IMG/VR virus record: IMGVR_UViG_3300044977_000094 | Coordinates: 111,261-175,260 of that record | Reading direction: 5' to 3' (one strand) | Length of the DNA stretch: 64,000 bases | Source of the DNA: a virus | Notes under the pieces: model-generated | Databases searched by the model: none | The model's input: only the letters and a program-made list of their open reading frames with translations | What the model was told of the DNA's origin: nothing | Made by a program: the position numbers and the translations under genes | Shown: positions 56,748 to 64,000 of the stretch, piece after piece | Layout: each line of letters opens with the position of its first letter | Numbering within the stretch: position 1 is the stretch's first letter

Positions 56748-57713
56748 CTAGCCGCCCTCGCCGTGCTCCTCGGCCCAGGTGGTACGGGCCTCGATGAGCC
56801 GGTTGTAGGCGGTCGTCTTGGACATGCCGGTCTGCTCCTGGACGAACTTGAGCTTCACGGTGTCGTAGCCGTGCTCCTGGATCAGGTCGAGGATCTGCTG
56901 CACCTGATCGAGGACCGACGGCGTGCCGGGATTGGTGGGCTTGGCCTCGGCGGCCGGCTTGGGCTTGCTGCGCTTCGGCTGGGTTCGAGTGAGATTCGGT
57001 TGACCCGGATCCGCAGGTTCAACGGCCGCCGACGGGAGAGGTTCGGAACCAGCCGGAACCTGGGGTGCTGCGGGTTCCGGAACCTGCCCGGGCCGGTGAA
57101 CCTCTACCGGTTCGGGCTCCGAGGGGCGCGCCTGAACCTGGTTCGGAACTTCCTCGAATCTGTCCGGGAGGGGGAGGTTCAGGACGTAGGCGCGAACCAG
57201 GTTCCAGGTTCCCTTGTGGTCGAACAGGAACCGCAGCGGGTGGAGGCGGGGGCGAACCTCGGCTCCGTCGCGGCGCTTCGCGGCGGCCCGGACTTCCGAC
57301 ATGAGCCCTTCGAAGAGGATCACTGCGGCGGGTGGCATGAGGGCGGCGACGTCCCGGCCGACGGGGTCGCTGATGTGCTCCCAGTTGATCCACGACGACA
57401 GGGCGGTGAAGGCGACGATCAGGGTGCGCCAGAGCGTTGCGGATCGTCCGTGGACGCCGGCGCGCATGACGACGATGGATAGGCCGGCGGGGGCGCCGTC
57501 GAAGGTCATGGGGACGAGCCATGCGGATCGGTGGCTGAGCATCATGTGCTGCTCGCCGAAGAGGTGGAGGCCGATGAAGCTGGCGGACCAGCCGGAGAGG
57601 GCGACGACGAGGACTAAGGCGAAGCCGAAGCCGCCGAGTCCGGTGTCGCGGAGCCAGAGGGCGGCGTGGCGGCTCCAGGCTGCGGCTCGGTCGAGCTTGC
57701 CTGTGTCGGTCAC
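56748..57713 (-). CDS. DUF2637-like membrane protein with C-terminal HTH (Spd-like)
   Basis: SF..L, AWL.P..D, S..IN..H, PP.A...FE TM core; C-terminal KFVQEQTGMSKTTAYNRL. Confidence 0.75.
   Translation of the reverse strand: MTDTGKLDRAAAWSRHAALWLRDTGLGGFGFALVLVVALSGWSASFIGLHLFGEQHMMLSHRSAWLVPMTFDGAPAGLSIVVMRAGVHGRSATLWRTLIVAFTALSSWINWEHISDPVGRDVAALMPPAAVILFEGLMSEVRAAAKRRDGAEVRPRLHPLRFLFDHKGTWNLVRAYVLNLPLPDRFEEVPNQVQARPSEPEPVEVHRPGQVPEPAAPQVPAGSEPLPSAAVEPADPGQPNLTRTQPKRSKPKPAAEAKPTNPGTPSVLDQVQQILDLIQEHGYDTVKLKFVQEQTGMSKTTAYNRLIEARTTWAEEHGEGG
56982..57258. repeat. GAACC/GGTTC motif array 2 (about 17 copies)
   Basis: Includes palindromic pairs GGTTCGGAACC, GGTTCCGGAACC, GAACCTGGTTC, GAACCAGGTTC. 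Confidence 0.8.
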
Positions 57714-57776
57714 GGTGCTTCTCCTCCGGGGATGGGGTGGGGCCGGGCAGCGATGGGCTGCCCGGCGGTGGGTGTG

Positions 57777-57902
57777 TCAGACGTCGGTGTCGATCGGGGT
57801 GGGGCGCATGCGCTGGGGCTCGTCGTTGCTGGGCTCGGGCTCGTCGTTGCTGGGCTCGGGCTTGTCGTCGCTGGGCTCGGGTGTGCTGCTGATCGGGTTC
57901 AT
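57777..57902 (-). CDS. 41-aa acidic peptide with three PEPSxDx repeats
   Basis: GAGAGG RBS; MNPISSTPEPSDDKPEPSNDEPEPSNDEPQRMRPTPIDTDV; 21-bp tandem repeat. Confidence 0.5.
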   Translation of the reverse strand: MNPISSTPEPSDDKPEPSNDEPEPSNDEPQRMRPTPIDTDV

Positions 57903-57993
57903 GGCGTTCCTCTCGTTGAGCTGGCTGTGGGTGGCGGCCGCGCTGCCGCGGGGGACGGTGTTCAGCGCGGCCGCCGGTCTGGGTGCGGGTTGG

Positions 57994-58134
57994 CTACTGG
58001 GCTCTGCCTGCGGTGTCGCCCTGGAGTCGTACGGGCTCGGCCGGTCGTTCCTCGTAGAGTCCTTCGGCGATCTCCGCGTCGGTGGCGGGGTGTTCGGGCT
58101 GGCCGTAGCCGACGAGGGTGGGTTCGTCGTTCAT
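57994..58134 (-). CDS. Small acidic peptide
   Basis: MNDEPTLVGYG...; coupled to upstream ORF. Confidence 0.45.
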   Translation of the reverse strand: MNDEPTLVGYGQPEHPATDAEIAEGLYEERPAEPVRLQGDTAGRAQ

Positions 58135-58355
58135 GCGGCGCTGCCGTAGTCGCTGGGCTGGCGGGGGCTTGGGATGCGGGGGATTGCGGGGCCGTCGTCG
58201 GCGTCTCCGAAGGCGCGGTCGGCGTGGTGGGCGTCCCACAGGTCGCGGGCCAGGGGCCGGGCGGTGAGGCGCTGGCGCGGCGGGGCCGGGCGCGGGCGGA
58301 GCGTGGTGACGCGCGGGGCGTCTGTGCAGGTACGTGACTGCTCGGTACTCTCCAT
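58131..58355 (-). CDS. First gene of the transfer operon, hypothetical
   Basis: GAGGAAGG RBS; MESTEQSR... Confidence 0.5.
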   Translation of the reverse strand: MESTEQSRTCTDAPRVTTLRPRPAPPRQRLTARPLARDLWDAHHADRAFGDADDGPAIPRIPSPRQPSDYGSAA

Positions 58356-58485
58356 GGGAGACCTTCCTCGGTGCTTAGCGGCTTGAGGTGGGTCTGGCCC
58401 CGGCCATGCGGCGTTGCGAGCGCCGGCCGGGGCCATTTGCTGTTGATCGATACGGAGCACTGCGTGAGTGCGACGCATAGACCAC

Positions 58486-58525
58486 GCTAGAGCCTAGGCT
58501 CTAGCAATGCAAGAGCCTAGGCTCT
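58486..58525. promoter_or_regulatory. Tandem perfect palindromic operators between divergent promoters
   Basis: GCTAGAGCCTAGGCTCTAGC (58486-58505) and AGAGCCTAGGCTCT (58512-58525). Confidence 0.8.
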
Positions 58526-58528
58526 AAT

Positions 58529-58882
58529 ATGGCCATGCTGTCGCGCCCTCACGGCACGAAGGGAGCGGGAGTGGCACAACACCCAGAGGAGGTGCAGCGC
58601 ATCATGGACGCCATCGCCGCACTCGAAGGCATTGATGACGACGGAGCATGCATCCGGGCCACAACCGACCTTCTTGATCAGTGGCCCGCGCAGCACGCGC
58701 GGCTCCGGGAGCTCAGGCAGCAGCGTGTCCTGAGTCTTCGAGAGCAGGGCAAGACCTGGCGCGAGATCGGCGACCTCATGGGCGTGCACTTCACCCGCGC
58801 CAGGCAGATCGCAGCAGGGCAGCGCGGTGAGAAGAACCGGCCCAAGAAGGCCGAATCCGACCCGCCAACAACCCAGGAGTGA
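58529..58882 (+). CDS. Small HTH repressor divergent from the transfer operon (Kor-like)
   Basis: LREQGKTWREIGDLMGVHFTRARQI HTH. Confidence 0.8.
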   Translation: MAMLSRPHGTKGAGVAQHPEEVQRIMDAIAALEGIDDDGACIRATTDLLDQWPAQHARLRELRQQRVLSLREQGKTWREIGDLMGVHFTRARQIAAGQRGEKNRPKKAESDPPTTQE

Positions 58883-59349
58883 CCATGACCGCCACCCGCG
58901 AGCTCACCCACTACGACTACGACACTGCCCCCTTCACCCCCGGGGAGACCCAGGGCATCAGCCGCTTCGAGGCCGCCGTCTACGGGACCGCGATCCACGA
59001 CTGCTTCGACCAGTTCGACGCCGACTCGATCCGCGACCACACCGCCGAGTTCGGGGAGCTGGCCGCGCGCAGCTTCCTCAAGGAGCTGGCCGGCTACCTC
59101 AATCAGTGGCACCTGGCGGTCGACGGGCTGATCGGCGACCTCCTCACCTGCACGTCGGAGTACAGCCGATACAGCACCGCCGCGGCCCGCTATCTCAAGG
59201 ACAAGGCCGAGGAGTACCACCACGTGCGCCAGGACTTCGAGTACGCAGTGACCGTGTGGACTCTGGGCCTGGATCCGGCGCCGATGGGGAACTATGCGCC
59301 GGCCACCCGAGGGCTGGACCTTGGGATGCAGGCGCTGTCCTACGAGTAG
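58879..59349 (+). CDS. Hypothetical protein co-transcribed with the repressor
   Basis: AGGAG RBS; coupled. Confidence 0.65.
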   Translation: MTMTATRELTHYDYDTAPFTPGETQGISRFEAAVYGTAIHDCFDQFDADSIRDHTAEFGELAARSFLKELAGYLNQWHLAVDGLIGDLLTCTSEYSRYSTAAARYLKDKAEEYHHVRQDFEYAVTVWTLGLDPAPMGNYAPATRGLDLGMQALSYE

Positions 59350-59361
59350 CCCCCACATGCA

Positions 59362-59396
59362 GCAGCCCCCGCCCAATTCGCCTGGGCGGGGGCTGC
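59362..59396. terminator. Terminator hairpin between convergent genes
   Basis: GCAGCCCCCGCCCA-N7-TGGGCGGGGGCTGC followed by GTCTTTCT. Confidence 0.75.
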
Positions 59397-59407
59397 GTCT
59401 TTCTGCG

Positions 59408-59956
59408 TCAGGCGGCGTTCCCCAGCAGGTACTCGTCGATCGTCATCCCGCGCAACGCCAGCGCCTCGCCCACCGTGGCCGTCCCGCACTCCGTCACCAG
59501 GGCGCGCAGGCTACGGGCGGTCTCCCGGTTGTACACCAGCGGCGCCATCTTGCCGTCCATGCCCTCGATGACCGAGCTGAGGTCGTCCACGGTCATATCC
59601 TCCAGGCTGGTGTCCTGCCAGAACAGGGCCTGCGTCTCGGGATCGCGCCGCCGCAGCGCCTGGACGCCCGACAGTCGCACCAACTTCTCGCCGTCCCGGG
59701 TCTGCACCGGGTGGCGCGTCCGGTCCCAGGACTTGAAGCGCCGGATGTGGCCGGCGCGGGCGTCCTCGTCCATCACCCACTTGGCCCAGGTGCGCTGCGC
59801 CTGGATGGCGTCGTTCAGCAGCTCGTGGAACCTGTCGCCCATCTCGCAGCTGGGCCGGCGCTGGCCGTTCTCGTCGAACCCCGCCTCGAAGACGAGGGCG
59901 TCGTACTCGGCGCGCTCCTCCGCACTGAGCATGTTCCGGATGTTGCTGTTCCTCAC
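59408..59956 (-). CDS. Hypothetical protein coupled to the ParB-like gene
   Basis: GTG start overlaps ParB stop; GGAGG RBS. Confidence 0.7.
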   Translation of the reverse strand: MRNSNIRNMLSAEERAEYDALVFEAGFDENGQRRPSCEMGDRFHELLNDAIQAQRTWAKWVMDEDARAGHIRRFKSWDRTRHPVQTRDGEKLVRLSGVQALRRRDPETQALFWQDTSLEDMTVDDLSSVIEGMDGKMAPLVYNRETARSLRALVTECGTATVGEALALRGMTIDEYLLGNAA

Positions 59957-60960
59957 TGATTTCCTCCGGCGAGGCGTAGGCCAGGCTTGGGCCTGGCCGT
60001 GTCGATGCGGTCGAACCAGTCGTCGACCGCGGCGCGGAGCCGATCCAACTCGGCCCAGCGCTCGGATCCGTCCCGACGCGAGGTGAGCGCCTCGGCTACG
60101 CGGTCCGGATCCAAGATCGTGAAGTTGCGCAGCGCTACGCAGGCCGAGGTGTAGTTCTTGAACACCAGGGCGAGCTGGACATCGGGGTCCTTGCCGAGAT
60201 GCTCATCGAGTGCCTTGCGCACCGCTTGGTGCGCCGGGTTGATGGCCGCGCCGGTCTGGGCGAGCGCGGGCATCTGCTTGCGGGCGATCTCGCGGACCGG
60301 CTCAGGGACCGGCTCCTCATGCTTGGCGCTGCCGGCGCCGACGGTGCGGGTGCCACGCTCGGCGATCTGCCGAACCTCGTCCACCTTGTCGATGGAGCTA
60401 CCGGAGAAGCCAGTGGTGACGGCGCCCACCTTGCGTGCAGCCGCAGAGGTCGGACTCGTTGGAAACTCGTCCAAGTTGGACGAGTTTCCGCGGTCAGCCT
60501 TTGGCTCCTCCCAGAATCCGTCCTGCGGGATCTCCGGCTCGACCGTCTTGGCGGGGCGCCCGGGCTTGCGGATTACCGCCGCCTCGGTAAGCACCTTGAT
60601 CCGGCGTTCGCGCATCCGGCTGGCCTCCAGCGGGGACAGCGGCTTGCGGCAGGTGTTCTCGTCAGCTTCGGCGCGCAGGGCCTGCTCGGCGCTGAACCAG
60701 TCGACGACGGTGACCGGCGTCTCGGTCCAGCCGAGCTGCCGGACCGCAGCGAGCCGTCGCCCGCCGGCCACGAGGTCCAGGTTCGCGGTGACGACGATCG
60801 GGTGAAGGAGACCGACGGCAGCGATGGACGCAGCCAATTCGTCGATCCCGTCGATGACTTGACGGTCGCGCTCGCCGACGCGAATGGCGTCGAGCGGGAC
60901 GGCGTCGGGGGTGGTGCCGGGTGCCCCTGGGGGAGGGACTTCTGTGGTGGCGATTCCCAT
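59953..60960 (-). CDS. ParB/Srx N-terminal domain protein
   Basis: I.ELAASI..VGLLHPIVV....LVAGGRRLAA...LG, EN..RK.LSP.E. Confidence 0.85.
   Translation of the reverse strand: MGIATTEVPPPGAPGTTPDAVPLDAIRVGERDRQVIDGIDELAASIAAVGLLHPIVVTANLDLVAGGRRLAAVRQLGWTETPVTVVDWFSAEQALRAEADENTCRKPLSPLEASRMRERRIKVLTEAAVIRKPGRPAKTVEPEIPQDGFWEEPKADRGNSSNLDEFPTSPTSAAARKVGAVTTGFSGSSIDKVDEVRQIAERGTRTVGAGSAKHEEPVPEPVREIARKQMPALAQTGAAINPAHQAVRKALDEHLGKDPDVQLALVFKNYTSACVALRNFTILDPDRVAEALTSRRDGSERWAELDRLRAAVDDWFDRIDTARPKPGLRLAGGNQ
60461..60489. repeat. Perfect 14-bp inverted repeat inside the ParB-like gene
   Basis: GGAAACTCGTCCAA-G-TTGGACGAGTTTCC. Confidence 0.85.
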
Positions 60961-61155
60961 GCCTATTGAACGATTGGCGTCACGGAAATGCGCCCGCAAT
61001 CTTCCAACTACTTCTCGTTCATGCAGGTCAGACGGTGCGTTACCTACTCCACGAGTCCTTCACGAACGGCGATCGAATTTGATCGGATCGTGCCGCATTC
61101 TGACCGAGTGACAGGCTGAAGCCCCGGTCGCTTCCCGGCCGGGGCTCCGTGCTGC

Positions 61156-61689
61156 TCACCCCTCGGCGCTGCTGATCCCCATGGGGTCCCCGGGTACCCC
61201 GACCACGTCCCAGCCGTCGCCGTGGTGCGCGGCGTCGGCGATGGCGTCGTACAGCCGGTCGCGTTCGGTCTCGGTGATGCCGGGCGGCAGGTACACGGCG
61301 ATCGTGTAGCCGTCACGGTCGGGGCGCCGGGTGGCGAACACGTCGGCTCGCCCGACGAGCCGGGCGAGCCCCTCGGTGACCTCGGGTGGGCAGTCGTCGG
61401 AGGGCTGGTCGTCGTCTGCGCACAGCCACTCGACGGTCACGCCCCCGTGCGTAGCGATCGCGGCGAGCTCGTAGGTGGAGAAGCGACGGTCGCCGGCGAG
61501 CGACGCCGCGAGCTTGGCGGGGTCGACGTTGATCAGCTCGGACAGCTGCTCCTCGCTGGTGCCGGTCCGGGCTAGGACGTCCCAGACTCGCCGTCGGATG
61601 GCCGTGATCTCGTCCTGCTCTGCGATGAGCGCGATGGTCTCTGGGTCGGTGAGGTCGAGGCCGAGGAGGCCGGCGATGTTTTGGTCCAC
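61156..61689 (-). CDS. XRE HTH-containing protein
   Basis: SEEQLSELINVDPAKLAASLAGDRRFS..EL..IA..GVTVEWL. Confidence 0.65.
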   Translation of the reverse strand: MDQNIAGLLGLDLTDPETIALIAEQDEITAIRRRVWDVLARTGTSEEQLSELINVDPAKLAASLAGDRRFSTYELAAIATHGGVTVEWLCADDDQPSDDCPPEVTEGLARLVGRADVFATRRPDRDGYTIAVYLPPGITETERDRLYDAIADAAHHGDGWDVVGVPGDPMGISSAEG

Positions 61690-61780
61690 GGGAACAGGAT
61701 GCACCCGCCGCCGTCAGGATCTGTCAGGTAGGGCATGCGAAAGCGCCCCGCTTCCGGGGAGGCGGGGCGTCTCGTCGTAC

Positions 61781-62134
61781 TCAGTCCGTGGCTTTCGGGT
61801 GGCCGGTCCCGGCGTAGTGGATCCAGCAGGTGCGCCGTTCCTCGTCGAAGAGGTACCAGATACGACCGCCCCCAGTGACCTCGATCTGCCACTGTGGGTA
61901 GACCTGGCCCTTGTAGGAGTCGCTGGCTAGCGTGTGCCTGAGTCGATGATGGCGCGCCGTTTGGACGGCCGGGGCGGGACTGGCGCGCATCTCGCGCCAG
62001 GCTGCCAGAAGGTTGGCTGGCGCCTGCTGGATTAGGTCGTCCCAGCCCTTGCCTGCTTCGTTGCAGCTGAACCGGACGTCGAATTCGTTACTCCCGGGCG
62101 GCGGTGCTGCCCGTTCCCCCCTCTTGCCGCTCAC
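61781..62134 (-). CDS. RelE-like toxin (putative)
   Basis: KGW.DL...HRL...QWQIEVTGGGRIWY..D......AG.GHPKATD; coupled behind antitoxin. Confidence 0.65.
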   Translation of the reverse strand: MSGKRGERAAPPPGSNEFDVRFSCNEAGKGWDDLIQQAPANLLAAWREMRASPAPAVQTARHHRLRHTLASDSYKGQVYPQWQIEVTGGGRIWYLFDEERRTCWIHYAGTGHPKATD

Positions 62135-62616
62135 TCGTCGTCCACCTCGGGCAGGGTGACGCGGCCGTGGTCATCGTGGGTGCCGCTGGTGAGTGCCGCG
62201 TAGAGTTCGGGGTCGGCGTAGACCTCGGCGGTGCTCTTCCAGGCTGCGATGACGGTGGCGATGGGGTCGACGATGCCTAGAGCGGTGCTGGCCTTGGCGG
62301 TATCGATGAGCTCGAGGAGGAATTCTCTGACGGCGTCGTCGGGGAGGAAGCGCACCCAGGGAAAGGCATCGGGGAAGACGCTGGTGAGTAGCTGTACGGC
62401 AGCGGGTTCGCTCTTCATGAGGGCGACGAACATGCGCGTGGTGGAGTCGACGATTTCGACGACCTGTTCGGCGCGTGCTGCGGTAGTGAGGTACAGGTCT
62501 TCGTCGCCTCGGCGGACGATGCGGATGCCGTGGCGTGGTGCGCGGTCCATCTTGGCGACGGTGTCGACGGGCTTGTTGACGAGCTCGGAGAAGGTTGCAG
62601 AGGGTGTCGGGCTCAT
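62131..62616 (-). CDS. Phd/YefM-like antitoxin
   Basis: FSEL..KP..TV......I.RR..EDL.L; FPWVRFLP...F..E...W..TAEVYADP. Confidence 0.7.
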   Translation of the reverse strand: MSPTPSATFSELVNKPVDTVAKMDRAPRHGIRIVRRGDEDLYLTTAARAEQVVEIVDSTTRMFVALMKSEPAAVQLLTSVFPDAFPWVRFLPDDAVREFLLELIDTAKASTALGIVDPIATVIAAWKSTAEVYADPELYAALTSGTHDDHGRVTLPEVDDE

Positions 62617-62638
62617 ACTTCGAAAGTACTTTGAAAGT
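62617..62638. promoter_or_regulatory. TA operator overlapping a leaderless promoter
   Basis: ACTTCGAAAGT-ACTTTGAAAGT tandem near-palindromes directly before the ATG. Confidence 0.65.
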
Positions 62639-62869
62639 CCTCGCCTGTCCACGTGAATCACACGTGCGGGTGACTTCTGCACTTGCGCGCCGCCCCGGGC
62701 AGTCCCTTCCCGCACCAGATGAAGGCGGAGACGAACTGGCCGCGCCCTGTTCCCGGGCGCGGGGCCTTCGCGCGCCGTTATTCTGGCCGCATGACCGCCG
62801 CCCCCGCTGTGCGGCGCCGTTCGACGGTGCCTACCGTGGAAGAGGGGGTAGTCGAGCGGCAGGTGCGAC

Positions 62870-63103
62870 ATGAGCGCGAAGACGTACATCAAGGCCGAGG
62901 TACCGAACGGCCGGGAGGCCGAAGCGTTCGGCTACCTTGCTGAGCTTGCCCCCGGCGCGCAGCCGGCTGGCACCGAGAGGCCCGGAACTGGTGTCACCCA
63001 CTGGGAGGTGACCCGGGCCGGGGATGTCCGCGACGAGATCGAGAGGCTCATCGACGCCATGGACACCAACGGGATGAGGATCACCGTTCGGGTGGGGGGC
63101 TGA
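62870..63103 (+). CDS. Small hypothetical protein
   Basis: 77-aa ORF with GCAGGT RBS-like site. Confidence 0.45.
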   Translation: MSAKTYIKAEVPNGREAEAFGYLAELAPGAQPAGTERPGTGVTHWEVTRAGDVRDEIERLIDAMDTNGMRITVRVGG

Positions 63104-63262
63104 TCTTCGGGGGCGGCCGGAGCTCTTTAACGGGCTACTCCGGCCGGAGCCCCTTGCGCGTAGGACGTCACATGCACGCGAGGGGAGACTACTGCGGTGG
63201 GTATGGGATGGGCGGGAGGCGGGGCGTGTCGGGCGCGGACGGCTACTCGGCGGGACGGTCCG

Positions 63263-63826
63263 TCAGCCGTGACCCATGCGCGGCCCGGGCTCTCCGCCTT
63301 CGCGGCCGGGAACGGCGGGGCCGAGCCAGCCGGCCTCGCGGGCTTTCCCGACCCACCGGGAGACGGTGGGCGTTGACTTGCCGTAGCGCTTGGTCAGTCG
63401 GGAGATGGCACCACGCGGCTTGCCGGGGGCGGTCTCCTCGAGGTAGTCCAGGGCGACGCGCCGCAGGAATTCGTCGGTGATCGGGGCGCGGCCCTCGACG
63501 GGGGACGCCAGGGTCGGCATCTGCTCCTGGTCGGCCCGCACGGCGGGATGGCGGAGCGCGAGCGACTGGATCCAGCGTGCACTGGAGAGGATCTTGCGCG
63601 TGGGCACGTCGCGGAGCATGGCGGTCGTGATCCCGGTCCCCTCTTCGTCGGGGTCGACTTCGAGGTGGGAGATGACCAGGCCCTGCGAGGTGCGGCTGAC
63701 GGATCCGGTGGCGGCCCATCCGTCGCCGGTGTACGTGAACGTGGCGACGGGGCCGACCTGGCTGCCTCTGAGCATGCTCTTGAGGGGTTCGATGTGCAGG
63801 CTGGCGTCGTCCTCGTCGTCCTGCAC
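63263..63826 (-). CDS. HTH-containing hypothetical protein
   Basis: FLRRVA..Y...KSTPTVSRWVGKAREAGWL. Confidence 0.7.
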   Translation of the reverse strand: MQDDEDDASLHIEPLKSMLRGSQVGPVATFTYTGDGWAATGSVSRTSQGLVISHLEVDPDEEGTGITTAMLRDVPTRKILSSARWIQSLALRHPAVRADQEQMPTLASPVEGRAPITDEFLRRVALDYLEETAPGKPRGAISRLTKRYGKSTPTVSRWVGKAREAGWLGPAVPGREGGEPGPRMGHG

Positions 63827-64000
63827 TGCGTTCCTCTCGTGGATGGTTGGCGCCTGCCACGCAATCTCTCATTGGTCGTTGTGGCACGTCAACGAGGCAG
63901 GCCGGGCGTGGTGATGGGGTTGCCTCTCCCTCCCACTTCTAGTGATAGGGAAGGCGATGCCTATTGCACTGAGTGATGTGGTCGCCGTACCATATCGACA

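Larger units (their letters stand above)
1..64000. mobile_element. Temperate actinophage (siphovirus) genome or prophage, incomplete at both window ends
   Basis: Terminase, portal, capsid, tape measure, lysis, integrase, repressor and recombination genes in phage order; no host genes recognised. Confidence 0.95.

Noticed and set aside
56046-57880. Repeat arrays as a possible CRISPR
   Set aside because: Repeats are 5-21 bp, irregularly spaced, mostly inside CDSs; no unique spacers or cas genes

Overview
High-GC actinobacterial (Streptomycetaceae-like) temperate siphophage DNA fills the whole window, with no host housekeeping genes. Layout: 1-8.3 kb is a leftward early/recombination operon (RusA, WhiB, HU, Gp3-like protein, PD-(D/E)XK exonuclease, Cro-like HTH). 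8.3-10.8 kb is an immunity switch with three palindromic operators, a repressor and a large serine integrase that has phage genes on both sides, implying an intact attP. 11-17 kb holds accessory modules (XRE-TPR regulator plus GNAT; a RosmerTA-like gene pair). 17-22 kb is an extended lysis operon that also encodes a papain-like protease, a Fet4/DUF1003-like permease, a minimal VIT1/CCC1 transporter and an HNH-like protein. 22-46 kb is tail, head and packaging genes, including a -1 frameshift in the tail chaperone and an antisense HNH endonuclease. 46-51 kb has a secreted GH43-like enzyme, a fibre-like protein, a Tad2 (DUF2829) fusion and small Zn-binding proteins. 52-59 kb is a Streptomyces plasmid-type transfer module (FtsK/TraB ATPase, DUF2637 membrane-HTH protein, Mrr-like nuclease, divergent repressor with palindromic operators) whose genes carry dense GAACC/GGTTC motif arrays. 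59-64 kb has a ParB-like gene with an internal palindrome, a toxin-antitoxin pair and HTH proteins. All family calls come from recognising motifs by eye; no searches were run.
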